Positions 1 through 9,048 of a DNA stretch of 64,000 nucleotides are shown in pieces (position 1 is the first letter of the stretch; each line of letters opens with the position of its first letter). The position numbers and the translations under genes are program-made. This DNA comes from an uncultured Gemmatimonadales bacterium. Lineage in GTDB: Bacteria > Gemmatimonadota > Gemmatimonadetes > Gemmatimonadales > GWC2-71-9. The stretch lies in assembly GCA_963771275.1 (NCBI GenBank), contig CAVYSW010000003.1, positions 640,001 through 704,000 of the forward strand, in the 5' to 3' direction. The notes below the pieces were generated by a model. It saw only the letters and a program-made list of their open reading frames with translations, had not been told where the DNA came from and did no database searches.

Positions 1-1
1 C

Positions 2-169
2 ATCGCGTTTGGGGCTCCGGTCCTAGTCGGTACGCGAATCCGAACCGATATCCTTAGCCTGTACGCCTCCGGGAATTCGGAACCGGCCGTCGCCCGTGCC
101 TTCGAGCTATCGGCCGCCCTGGTGAGTGCGGCGATCGCGTTCGAGACTCAACTGGCCCGCGCCGCTTGA
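2..169 (+). CDS. DUF433-type antitoxin, C-terminal part (5' end outside window)
   Basis: Frame 2 reads IAFGAPVLVGTRIRTDILSLYASGNSEPAVARAFELSAALVSAAIAFE, matching the G-x-P...GTRI DUF433 pattern. Its TGA overlaps the TTG of the downstream PIN gene. Confidence 0.8.
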   Translation: MAFGAPVLVGTRIRTDILSLYASGNSEPAVARAFELSAALVSAAIAFETQLARAA

Positions 170-561
170 TCTTCCTGCTGGACGCCAACTTCCCGCCGCA
201 GTTGGCGCGCGCCCTCCAAGACCTCGATCAGGAAGACTGCCAGTTCCGCCATTCGCCGGCCGAGTTTGGGGCCGACGCTTCCGACGAGGAGATCTTCGCA
301 GCCCTCAAGGGACGAGGTTGGTTCCTGGTTACGCTGGACGCCAAGATGTCCCGGCGCCCAGCGCAGCGGCAGGCGATTCTCGATGCGGGGCTCGGCGTGT
401 TCGTGTTCACCGGGCGGGCGCTGCCCCAGCGATCATTCCGTCAGATCGCGGCATTCGTCTTATCGGTGGCTGATGACATGCTGGAGCGTGCGGGATTCAC
501 CGACCGGCCGTTCATCTGGGGGATCTCGGACAAGCGGGGGTTCGAGCGGCTGGACCGGTAG
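166..561 (+). CDS. PIN-like toxin (VapC45/DUF5615-like)
   Basis: N-terminal FLLDANFP, SDEEIF and LVTLD acidic PIN motifs; coupled to the DUF433 gene. Confidence 0.8.
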   Translation: MIFLLDANFPPQLARALQDLDQEDCQFRHSPAEFGADASDEEIFAALKGRGWFLVTLDAKMSRRPAQRQAILDAGLGVFVFTGRALPQRSFRQIAAFVLSVADDMLERAGFTDRPFIWGISDKRGFERLDR

Positions 562-579
562 GACTCTACGGTGGGGGCA

Positions 580-1685
580 TCCTGGAACTTCGAGCGCACC
601 TTGAGCACCTCGAAGTCACAGAGGTACGGCGGATCGTGCCGGGTGGCCTCATCGAACGCGTAGGCGAAGGTAGGCTCCCCCGTCGGGCAATCGAACAGCG
701 CGAACGTGTCGTGGTCCACGTGGTCGCGCGGCGTGGCGGTGAGGCCCAACGTCAGGCCGTGGAAATACCGCACCACCTGCTGGTACATGTTGTAGATGCT
801 GCGATGGCTCTCGTCGGCGACGATCAGGTCGAAGAAGAACGGCGAGATCCAGGTGGCGGGTGTGGCCCCGGCCTCGATCAGGTTGAGCATCGTGGGATAG
901 GTCGTGACGTAGACCCGGCGGTTCCTGTCGAACGCGGTCTCCCCCTGCTCGGGCCACCGCGGCGACGACGGCAGATGCTCTTTGAACGCGCCGAGCGCCT
1001 GCTCCTGGAGCGCGATGCGGTCCACCAGGAACAGGACGCGCTTGACCCAGTGCGCGCGCATCAGCGCATCCACCAAGGCCACGGCGGCGCGCGTCTTCCC
1101 CGTACCGGTCGCCATCACCATCAGGGATTTCCGTCGCTTGGCCTCGATCGCTTCGAGCAACGTCCGGATCGCCTCGATCTGATAGTCGCGGCCGGCGATT
1201 CGGGTGTTGATCAGCTCGACCGACAGCGCGCCCTGGGTTTCACGGCGCTGAGCCAGCCACTCCAGGTCGTCCCGGGTGGGGAATCCCGCGACCTTGGCCG
1301 GGGCCCATCGCTCCGAGTCCCAGAAAAAGGTCTCGTAACCGTTGGTGTACATGACGAAGGGCACCCCGCCGCCGTGGATGGCGTGGAGGGCCTGGGCGTA
1401 CTGGAGGGCCTGCTCTTGCCCCACCTGCGCGTCGCGACTGGTCTTCTTCGCCTCGACCACGGCGCACGGCTTTCCGGCGAGTAGGAGCCCGTAGTCGGCA
1501 AACTGGTGGCCTTCGTAAGGGTGTCGCGGGGCTCGGCGGTCCTTGACCGAACCCGAGGGGTCCAGCACGATGTCCAGCTCCTGAATCACCTGCGTGGGGT
1601 CAGCCACGTTCCAGCCCGCCAGCTTGAGCCTGCGGTCGATCACCTGCTGGCGGGTATCGGCTTCAGAGTAGGGCTCGGGCGTCAT
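580..1685 (-). pseudogene. hsdR: Truncated type I restriction R subunit (EcoEI/HsdR-like); nuclease and first helicase domain only
   Basis: SEADTR start, FADY...VVEAKK nuclease motif, ATGTGKT, DESH and TATP are present. Similarity ends at VRSKFQ (~580), and the ORF then runs antisense into the PIN gene to 441. No helicase C-terminal domain. Confidence 0.75.
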
Positions 1686-1703
1686 GCCACCCCGTCGCGA
1701 AGG

Positions 1704-3164
1704 CTATTGGCTCCCCAGCTGCGGCTTCTTCCCCAGCACGTCCTCCACACTCATGACGCGGACCGGCCCGAGCTTGAGCGCGCGGATTCCGGCCTCGATC
1801 TTGGCGCGGTCGCCGACGACCACGACCACCATCGTGTTGGGGTCGACGTACCGCCGCGCGGCCGCTTCCACCTGGCTGGGAGTGACGCCGAGGATCCGCG
1901 CGACGTAGTGATTGAAGTAGTCTAGCGGCAGGCCGTACTGCACCAGCTCGGCGATGTTCCCCGCGATGTCGTCCACCGACTGGAACCCACCGGGATAGCC
2001 CAGCGCCTCGTAGTTCTCCGCCCGCGTGACGTCCTCGATCGGGATCGGCCGCCGGATGCCGGCGAACTCCTTGAAGAACTCGGCCAGCGCCTTGTCGGTG
2101 ACCTCGGTCTGCACCGCGGATGAGGCGAGGAACGGCCCGGGATCGAGCCGGAACGCGAACGACGAGCTGGCACCGTACGTGTAGCCCTTGTCCTCGCGCA
2201 GATTCTGGTTCAGGCGCGAGGTGAACGACCCGCCGAGGATGGTGTTCATCACCAGGATCGCGTAGTAGTCCTCGCTCTGCCGCGCGGCGCCGATCCGGCC
2301 GATGCGGATCTCGCTCTGCGGGGCCCCGGGCTTGTCCACCAGCAGCACCTCGCGCCGCGTCACCTGCTTCGCGGGGGGCACGACGAGCTTCGGCGGGTTC
2401 CCGGCCGCCCACGTGCCGAACGCCGCCTCGAGCTTGGGCAGCAGGACGGCAGGCGTCACGTCGCCCACGACGATGACCGTCGCGTTGCTCGCCGTGAAGT
2501 ACGTGTCGTGGAATCGCGTGAGGTCAGCCACGGAGACCGCCCGGATCGACGCCTCGTCGCCGACGGCCGGGTACCCGTAGGGGTGCCTGGCGCCGTACAG
2601 CGTGCGGTTGAACAGCACCGACGCCACGATGCGCGGCTCGTCGTAGGCCTGGAGCAGCGACGTGAGCCGGCTGGCGCGTTTCCGCTCGAGCTCGGCACCG
2701 GGGAACGTCGGGTGCAGCACCACATCCGCGAGCAGCGGCAACGCGTCGTCCAGCCGGGACACCGCGGTGTACAGGCTCGCCCCCATCGCGTGCGTGCTGG
2801 CGCTGGTGCTGAGCCGCGCGCCGAGAAAATCGACGGCGTCGGCCAGCTCGAGCGCGTTCCGGCTCCCCGCTCCCTCGTCCATCATGTCGGCCACGAGCGA
2901 CGCGAGGCCGATCCGATCGGCCGGGTCGTTGGCGGAGCCGGCGCGCACCATCACCCCGATCTCCACCACCGGGACCTCGTGCTTCTCCATCAGCAGCACG
3001 CGGAGCCCGTTGGACAGCCGCTGATCGTGGATCGGCGGCAGCGACAGCGTCGGCGGCTCCGTGAGCTGGGGCGGAGCGCTGCGGTCGGGTCGCTGGGCAC
3101 TGAGGGGCGCGACGCACGCGAGCGCCGCCACCGCGAAAAGCATCATCGTCTTCATGGTCGTCAC
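1704..3164 (-). CDS. M16 family peptidase, non-catalytic subunit
   Basis: Signal peptide, LSNGL start and SRLNQNLREDKGYTYG R/Y motif; lacks HxxEH. Confidence 0.9.
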   Translation of the reverse strand: MTTMKTMMLFAVAALACVAPLSAQRPDRSAPPQLTEPPTLSLPPIHDQRLSNGLRVLLMEKHEVPVVEIGVMVRAGSANDPADRIGLASLVADMMDEGAGSRNALELADAVDFLGARLSTSASTHAMGASLYTAVSRLDDALPLLADVVLHPTFPGAELERKRASRLTSLLQAYDEPRIVASVLFNRTLYGARHPYGYPAVGDEASIRAVSVADLTRFHDTYFTASNATVIVVGDVTPAVLLPKLEAAFGTWAAGNPPKLVVPPAKQVTRREVLLVDKPGAPQSEIRIGRIGAARQSEDYYAILVMNTILGGSFTSRLNQNLREDKGYTYGASSSFAFRLDPGPFLASSAVQTEVTDKALAEFFKEFAGIRRPIPIEDVTRAENYEALGYPGGFQSVDDIAGNIAELVQYGLPLDYFNHYVARILGVTPSQVEAAARRYVDPNTMVVVVVGDRAKIEAGIRALKLGPVRVMSVEDVLGKKPQLGSQ

Positions 3165-4525
3165 TCGCTCGCCGGCTTGCCGGCCGCCAGCTCGGGCTTG
3201 CCCTGCGGCACGACGCTCAGGATCACGCGCGCGTCATCCTTGAGCACGGCCTGTACGATCGCCTGCACGTCGTCGGGGCCCAGCGCCCGGTAGCGCGCCA
3301 GATCCTCGTTGAAGTAGTCGGGGTTCCCCGTGCGGAACTGGTAGCTGTCCAGCTGATCCGCCTTCACGAAGATGCTCTCGAGCTGGGAGAGGAATCCGAC
3401 CTCGTTCTGGTTCACCGCGCGCTGCACTTCCCGGGCGGTCGGCCCATCCGCCTTGAGCCGATCCAGCTCCTCGTGGATCACACTCTCGATCTCGCCCAGG
3501 GTGTGACCGCTCCGCGCGGTGGACGTGATGCAGAACCGGGAGCCCAGCTCGGCCGACCCCTGATACGCCGAGACGTCCTGCGCGATCTGCATGTCGTACA
3601 CCAGGCGCTTGTACAGCCGGGCGTTCTTGCCGCCCGCCAGCACGCTGGCCGCGACATCGAGCTCGGCGTCGCCCGGCGCGAAGATCGCCGGCGAGAGCCA
3701 GCACATGTAGAGCCGCGGCAGCTGCACCCGGTCCTCCAGCACGACGCGCTTCTCCGCGGTGAGCCACGCGGCGGGGCCGACCAGCGGCCCCACTGGCTTG
3801 CCGGCCGGCACGTCGCTGAACCAGTGCTCCACCATGCGCCTCGTGGCGGCCGGGTCGATGTCGCCCGCGATCGCGAGGGCGGCGTTGCCGGGCGCGTAGT
3901 AGGTCTTGAAAAAGCTCACCACGTCGTCGTAGCTCGCCGCGGAGAGATCCTCCTGCGAGCCGATCGTGGACCAGTGATACGGGTGGTCCGGCGGGTAGAG
4001 ATGCTCGCCCAGCACGATCGACGCGCGGCCGTACGGGCGGTTCTCGATGCCCTGACGCCGCTCGTTCTTCACGACGTCGCGCTGCCCGTTCACCTTGTCG
4101 GGCGACATCGCGTCGATCAGATAGCCCATCCGGTCCGACTCGAGGAACAGCGCCAGCTCCAGCGCGCTCTTCGGCACGATCTCGAAGTAGTTCGTCCGGT
4201 CGGTGTTGGTCGAGCCGTTGTTGTTGCCGCCCGCCGCCTCGAGCCACTCGTCGAACTTCCCTTCCTGGACGTGGCCCGACCCCTCGAACATGAGGTGCTC
4301 GAACAGGTGCGCGAAGCCGGTACGCCCCGGCGTCTCGCGCGCCGAGCCCGCGTGGTACCACACGTCCACGGCGACCATCGGCGTGGTCGTGTCGCGGTGC
4401 AGCAGCACCGTGAGCCCGTTGGGGAGCGTGAACCGCTCGTAGGGCACCGACAGGCGGCGATCCTGCGCCCCCGCGGGGGACGACAGGACACAAATCAGGA
4501 GGAGGAACGGCAGGCTGCGCTTCAT
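3161..4525 (-). CDS. M16 family zinc peptidase, catalytic subunit
   Basis: Signal peptide, GFAHLFEHLMF (HxxEH), NGSTNTDRTNY and VVKNERR; 4-nt overlap with its partner. Confidence 0.93.
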   Translation of the reverse strand: MKRSLPFLLLICVLSSPAGAQDRRLSVPYERFTLPNGLTVLLHRDTTTPMVAVDVWYHAGSARETPGRTGFAHLFEHLMFEGSGHVQEGKFDEWLEAAGGNNNGSTNTDRTNYFEIVPKSALELALFLESDRMGYLIDAMSPDKVNGQRDVVKNERRQGIENRPYGRASIVLGEHLYPPDHPYHWSTIGSQEDLSAASYDDVVSFFKTYYAPGNAALAIAGDIDPAATRRMVEHWFSDVPAGKPVGPLVGPAAWLTAEKRVVLEDRVQLPRLYMCWLSPAIFAPGDAELDVAASVLAGGKNARLYKRLVYDMQIAQDVSAYQGSAELGSRFCITSTARSGHTLGEIESVIHEELDRLKADGPTAREVQRAVNQNEVGFLSQLESIFVKADQLDSYQFRTGNPDYFNEDLARYRALGPDDVQAIVQAVLKDDARVILSVVPQGKPELAAGKPASE

Positions 4526-4608
4526 GAGGCATCTCCGTGAACAAGCGCGTTTCCGGGAAGCCCCGGCGGACGCAAGCTAATACTGTGGACCGGCGGGAAG
4601 CGGAAGGG

Positions 4609-4672
4609 CTCACCGCAGAGGGCGCAGAGCACGCAGAGATATGCCTCCGCGGGCTCTGTGCACCCTGCGATG
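4609..4672. repeat. REP-like imperfect palindrome (CACCGCAGAG family), copy 1
   Basis: ctcaccgcagagggcgcagagcacgcagag...ctctgtgcaccctgcgatg; related elements at 29573 and 60829. Confidence 0.6.
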
Positions 4673-4696
4673 GACCGACGTCGTCCTGCAGCGCCG

Positions 4697-6106
4697 TCAG
4701 AACGCGAGCCAGAGCAACATGTATAGCGTGTTGTTGTCGCTCGCCGAGCGGCCGCTCCCGTCGTAGTCGGTGCCCGCCCCGTTGAACTTGCTGTACGCCA
4801 CGTACTGCAGCGTGACGTGCGTGTTGAGCCAGGGGGAGTATTCCAGCTCGCCGATGAAGCCCCGGCTGTCGGGCATCCCGACCGCGCTGCCCACGACGGG
4901 ATCGGGCGCGTACAGGGTCGCGTCGCCGTCACCGGTCGTCTGGAAGTAGCCGAGCGTGAGGCCGATGCCGCCATTCAGCAGATACGACCCGTCCGCCCGG
5001 AACGCCCGCAGCGCGTTCGTGGGATTGGCCGATCCGCCGGCGTCGAACGTCGCGTCGAGGGCCTGTTTCTCGTGGATGTAGGTGGCGTGCCCGAGCATCG
5101 TCCCGGGACCGGCGGGCAGCTCGAACTGCCCGTCGACCGCCACGTCGGTGTACGTGTCGCGCAGGCCCTGCACGCCCGTCGGGTAGCGGCTGGCGCGGAG
5201 ACCGTAGGTGCCCGCCATGGCGTAGAGCTTGCCGAAGTTGCGCTGCAGCGCGACGCGCCAGTACGGCGCCACGCCGTTCAGGGTGCCCTCGGCGGTCGCG
5301 TCGGGCGGGTTCGGCCCGCCCTGCGGCGCCGAGCGGTACACGCTGAACTCCGTGTAGAGCAGGTCGGCCCACAGCGCGTACGCGCCCAGCCCGGCCGACG
5401 CCTGGGCCAGCGCGCCGTCGATCTGCAAGCCCGCGGTCGGCGCCGGGGCGACCGGCGACGCGGCGTAGGGGAAGCCCCACGCGGCCGTCGTGTTCCAGAC
5501 GTCCTGGACGGTCGGGTTGTTGTTGAGCGTCAGGCCGTAGAGCACCGACTGCGAGCCCAGGTGTCCCTGGCGCGCGTACCGGATGTCCACGTTGTCGATG
5601 CCGAGCGAGCCGTCCGTCCCGGCATAAGTGAGCTGCACGAACGCGCCGAGGTTCGGGGTCACGGCGCCCCCGAGGAAGACGCTCAGCTGGTCGGGCATCG
5701 CCACGTTCCCGTTCTGCGTGCCCGGCACTTCGTTCTTGAGCGACGTGAACGAGGCCTCGACCATCGCCGACGGCGGCGGCAGCTCCGGCAGGCGGAGCCG
5801 CGGCCGGGATTCTCCAGCCGTGATCGTCTTGCCGGTCGTCAGCGTATAGCCGGCGAGCTTGAACCGTCGCCCGAACGCCGTGAGCCGCGGGAAGCTCGAG
5901 TGGCACACGTTGCAGCCGAGCCCCGTCTGGCGCGCGAAGCTCGGGATCTTCTCGTCGCCCGTCGAGGCGCCGCGCACGTGCCCGTAGTCGCGCACGTAGC
6001 GCCGCGCCGCCTCCCGGACGCTGGTGCCTTCGGCGAACGCCCTGGCGGCGGAGCAGAGGAAGACGGCGAGGAATCCGATGAGGACCAGAGACCGACGCGC
6101 GACCAT
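4697..6106 (-). CDS. cyc2: Cyc2-like fused monoheme cytochrome c/outer-membrane porin
   Basis: Signal peptide, then IPSFARQTGLGCNVCHSSFPRLTAFGRRFKLAGY (single CxxCH), beta-strand-rich body, and C-terminal NNTLYMLLWLAF ending in Phe. Confidence 0.82.
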   Translation of the reverse strand: MVARRSLVLIGFLAVFLCSAARAFAEGTSVREAARRYVRDYGHVRGASTGDEKIPSFARQTGLGCNVCHSSFPRLTAFGRRFKLAGYTLTTGKTITAGESRPRLRLPELPPPSAMVEASFTSLKNEVPGTQNGNVAMPDQLSVFLGGAVTPNLGAFVQLTYAGTDGSLGIDNVDIRYARQGHLGSQSVLYGLTLNNNPTVQDVWNTTAAWGFPYAASPVAPAPTAGLQIDGALAQASAGLGAYALWADLLYTEFSVYRSAPQGGPNPPDATAEGTLNGVAPYWRVALQRNFGKLYAMAGTYGLRASRYPTGVQGLRDTYTDVAVDGQFELPAGPGTMLGHATYIHEKQALDATFDAGGSANPTNALRAFRADGSYLLNGGIGLTLGYFQTTGDGDATLYAPDPVVGSAVGMPDSRGFIGELEYSPWLNTHVTLQYVAYSKFNGAGTDYDGSGRSASDNNTLYMLLWLAF

Positions 6107-6251
6107 AGACGCCTCCTGCGAGGGTCGTCCCGCGCCTGGCGCCGCCCACGCGGCGGGGGCGTTGGGGGGAATGACCGCCCCCTGTACCCAGAGCCGCTCC
6201 TGCAGTTCCCCCGCAGCACTCGGGAGTTCGCCGCGGGAGCCGACCCATCGG

Positions 6252-6620
6252 CTACCGGGAATCCGGCAGCACCATCACCTCCACGTGCGACGGGTAGCGC
6301 CCGGTGCGGTACACCCGGTGCGTTTGCTCCCGGTAGGCCTCGGCCGTCGCCAGGAAGATGTTGTCCACCCACGTCTGCGGGTTGCGGTCGTACAGCGGGA
6401 ACCACGTGCTCTGCACCTGCACCATGATGCGGTGCCCCCGCTGGAAGCGATACAGCTGCTGGTGCAGATCCACCGTGTACGACTCGACGACGCCGGCCGG
6501 GACCGGCTCGGGGCGCTCGAAGCTCTTGCGGTAGCGCCCGCGGAGCACGTCGCCCGCGACCATCAGCTCGTAGCCGCCCATGGCGGGGGGGGCCGGCACG
6601 CTGTCCGACAGACGTCTATC
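6252..6620 (-). pseudogene. Orphan duplicate of the 3' end of the CocE/NonD hydrolase gene
   Basis: PAMGGYELMVAGDVLRGRYRKSFERPE...YPSHVEVMV is near-identical to the C-terminus of 9735..11579; the DNA aligns at a 3480-nt offset. Confidence 0.9.
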
Positions 6621-7186
6621 CATCGCTCAAGCCCGCCTGCCGACGCAAGCGAGCTGCCTCGCCTGAGCAGTCGTCGCAGCTGTCTCAGGTCGCGCGGTCC
6701 AAGCACGCCACCGATGGCAAAGCGCACTATGCCCGCCGTGTCGATCAACAGCGTGGCCGGGATTCCCGTCACGCCCAACTGATCCCTTAGCTTGGTCGCA
6801 TGCACCACCCCAGCATACTCAATGCCTCGTTGGTTCCGAAGAGGATGGCCCGGATGGGTTGGCGTGAGGGACACCGCAAGTACGCGGATACCGCCGCGCA
6901 CATCGTTGGCGAGGGCCAACCACGCTGGCAACTGCTTCGAACACCACGCGCAGCCCTCGCTGAAGATTAGGATCAACGAACCGGTGACAGAGATCCGAGC
7001 CGAGGCACCGCTGGTCGGGTCGGTCCCAAAGAGGGTCAAGGAATCGACCGCGCGCCCGCGAGAGGCCAAGGTCGCCCCGTGTCTCCCAATAGTCCCCGAC
7101 AACTCCAGCGCGGTGAACGCCAAGTATCCGACCACAACCGCAAGGCCAATACCGGCCACGTCGGCGACTATTCGGCGCCGGCTCAT
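6563..7186 (-). CDS. Membrane-anchored TlpA/thioredoxin-like thiol-disulfide oxidoreductase
   Basis: N-terminal TM helix, FSEGCAWC (CxxC) and GIPATLLIDTAGIVR cis-Pro loop. The C-terminal tail runs into the CocE relic. Confidence 0.8.
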   Translation of the reverse strand: MSRRRIVADVAGIGLAVVVGYLAFTALELSGTIGRHGATLASRGRAVDSLTLFGTDPTSGASARISVTGSLILIFSEGCAWCSKQLPAWLALANDVRGGIRVLAVSLTPTHPGHPLRNQRGIEYAGVVHATKLRDQLGVTGIPATLLIDTAGIVRFAIGGVLGPRDLRQLRRLLRRGSSLASAGGLERWIDVCRTACRPPPPWAATS

Positions 7187-8268
7187 CGTTTCGATTCGTC
7201 CAGCTGGCGGCGGAGGTCCAGCACCATTGGTTCCGGATCATGGACTCCGACATACAGGTGGCTACCGTCCTCGGAAGCTGCCACTGCTGAGATCGGACGG
7301 CGGAGATCGATCTCCCGCCTGAACCCGCGGTTCCAGTCATAGAATTGGAGCTTGTGAACCCCAGGTGCGCTAGCGCCGAGTACCTGGGTGCCCTTGCAAC
7401 CGCAGTACCCCACCCACACTCCATCCTCGGTCGCAGCAATGGCAACTGCGAAGGCAAGATCCGAGTTCTGCAGGGCAAACATCGTAACGCCAGCGCCTGT
7501 CAGCGTTCGCGGGAACCCGATTCGGTCGGGCGTTTTGAAGCGGTGGATGGTTCTTAAGGCGTGGATGTCGATCACTTGGAGTTCTGGCGCGTACTTGAAT
7601 GCAAGCGCCAGTTTCGACCGATCCGGTGAAAGCGCGATGAGGTACTCGTTTGCCTGCATGAAGGCTTGGGCTTCTACGTCCTCGCGGCCGTACGGTGGAA
7701 TGCCTGCGAAGCGATTCGGCCCGCGCATTTGAGAATCGGACACCAGCACCAACGCCCTGTCGAATAGGAGCCCACCGGCCACCAGCCCTTGGTCGGTCCA
7801 GAACGGATCTGTGACGATCGCAGTCCGCGCGAGCCTAATGGTCTCCCGGTATGTAGGAGCAGGATCGAGATCGAACCGAGTGAACTGGCGGGGGTTGAAG
7901 TCGTAGACCCAGATGTGAGCCTTGGGGCCAATGCCGCGGATGACCTCGTGAGGTGCGAGGAGTTCACCGGGTCCCCGGCCCGGTTCCCCGAAGACGGCGG
8001 TTACAGAGCCATCGGTCAAGTCGATGAGCGACACGAATGGGGGGCCATAGCCATCCAGGACCACCAAGACCGAATCACCCAATAGCTCGAGATCTGCGAT
8101 CCGACCCCATGTCCGTGGCGTGAGATCTCGGGCGATATCGTAGTCAAAGCTCGTGTCCGACGAGGAAGGCGCACCGGGCTCATGTGAGGCGCGATCCACG
8201 GACTGTTCGCCCGCACATCCCACTAGGAGGATGAACGTCAACACGGAAAACCCAAGGTGATTGCGCAG
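7183..8268 (-). CDS. 6-bladed beta-propeller (TolB-like/BF3164-like) lipoprotein
   Basis: Lipobox LVGC, FGEPGRGPGEL and IWVYD motifs, blade-like repeats. Probable CTG start at 8268 after GAGGT gives MRNHLGFSVLTFILLVGC (ORF track start 8244). Confidence 0.75.
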   Translation of the reverse strand: MRNHLGFSVLTFILLVGCAGEQSVDRASHEPGAPSSSDTSFDYDIARDLTPRTWGRIADLELLGDSVLVVLDGYGPPFVSLIDLTDGSVTAVFGEPGRGPGELLAPHEVIRGIGPKAHIWVYDFNPRQFTRFDLDPAPTYRETIRLARTAIVTDPFWTDQGLVAGGLLFDRALVLVSDSQMRGPNRFAGIPPYGREDVEAQAFMQANEYLIALSPDRSKLALAFKYAPELQVIDIHALRTIHRFKTPDRIGFPRTLTGAGVTMFALQNSDLAFAVAIAATEDGVWVGYCGCKGTQVLGASAPGVHKLQFYDWNRGFRREIDLRRPISAVAASEDGSHLYVGVHDPEPMVLDLRRQLDESKR

Positions 8269-8343
8269 AACGCACCTCGTGTGCGGGAATCGAGTTGTGC
8301 GGACAGCTCTGGCGGCGTCCCGGGAGGGACGCCGCCCGTGGGA

Positions 8344-8556
8344 CTAGCCACCGTCGGGAATGAAGATCCATGCTGAGTTGTCTATGTGGCACCATTGCGT
8401 CGTTCCAGGACCGCCCGGGCCGCCGGTCTCGCAGTCGTACCAGCACTTCTCCGTGCTGCTCGAGCACTGCCACCCGCCGTCGGCGTACACTGGGACGGCG
8501 GCCAGACTGAAGCCGCCAGCCAGGGCGAGACAGAGCACTCCAGTTCGCTTCCACAC
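8344..8556 (-). CDS. Small secreted Cys/Trp-rich peptide, copy A (70 aa)
   Basis: Signal peptide ending VPVYA; mature DGGWQCSSSTEKCWYDCETGGPGGPGTTQWCHIDNSAWIFIPDGG; AGGGGG RBS; paralog upstream. Confidence 0.85.
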   Translation of the reverse strand: MWKRTGVLCLALAGGFSLAAVPVYADGGWQCSSSTEKCWYDCETGGPGGPGTTQWCHIDNSAWIFIPDGG

Positions 8557-8595
8557 TGAAACACCCCCTGGGCGTGATAAGTCGTAGATCTTCCG

Positions 8596-8877
8596 TCAGC
8601 TGTCGCTGAAGCGTTCCAAACTAATGGCAGGCCACAGCTGCTGAGCCGCTGGCCTGGCAACTAAACCGCCATCGGGAATGAACTCCCAGGACATGTTTCC
8701 CAACCAGCACCAATCTGTTGTTCCCGGTCCACCCGGGCCCCCGGTCTGGCAGTCGAACCAGCACTTCTCCGTGCTGGATCGGCACTCCCAACCGCCGCCA
8801 TCGGCGTACGCCGGGACGGCAGCTACTGTGAAGCCAGCAAGCAGGGCAAGACAGAGCACTCCGATTCGGGTCCGCAT
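8596..8877 (-). CDS. Small secreted Cys/Trp-rich peptide, copy B (93 aa, C-terminally extended)
   Basis: MRTRIGVLCLALLAGFTVAAVPAYA-DGGGWECRSSTEKCWFDCQTGGPGGPGTTDWCWLGNMSWEFIPDGG plus a 22-aa tail; same Cys spacing as copy A. Confidence 0.85.
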   Translation of the reverse strand: MRTRIGVLCLALLAGFTVAAVPAYADGGGWECRSSTEKCWFDCQTGGPGGPGTTDWCWLGNMSWEFIPDGGLVARPAAQQLWPAISLERFSDS

Positions 8878-9048
8878 CGAGACGCCCCCCCCGCGATTCG
8901 GTTGCCGAGTTCCAAACTGGGCCGCTCGGCCTCGAAGGTCCCACCGCCCGCAACGTCGCGGCGGCCGCATGGCGCTGACTGCCCGAAGACTGTGGATCGC
9001 ATCGCCGCCGCACAAGCGCCCTTGTTGTCGACTTTCGGGCGAATCGTG

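Noticed and set aside
6252..6623. Independent 123-aa protein
   Set aside because: It is only the C-terminal fragment of CocE without catalytic residues, and its ATG sits at the junction inside the thioredoxin ORF; treated as a relic.
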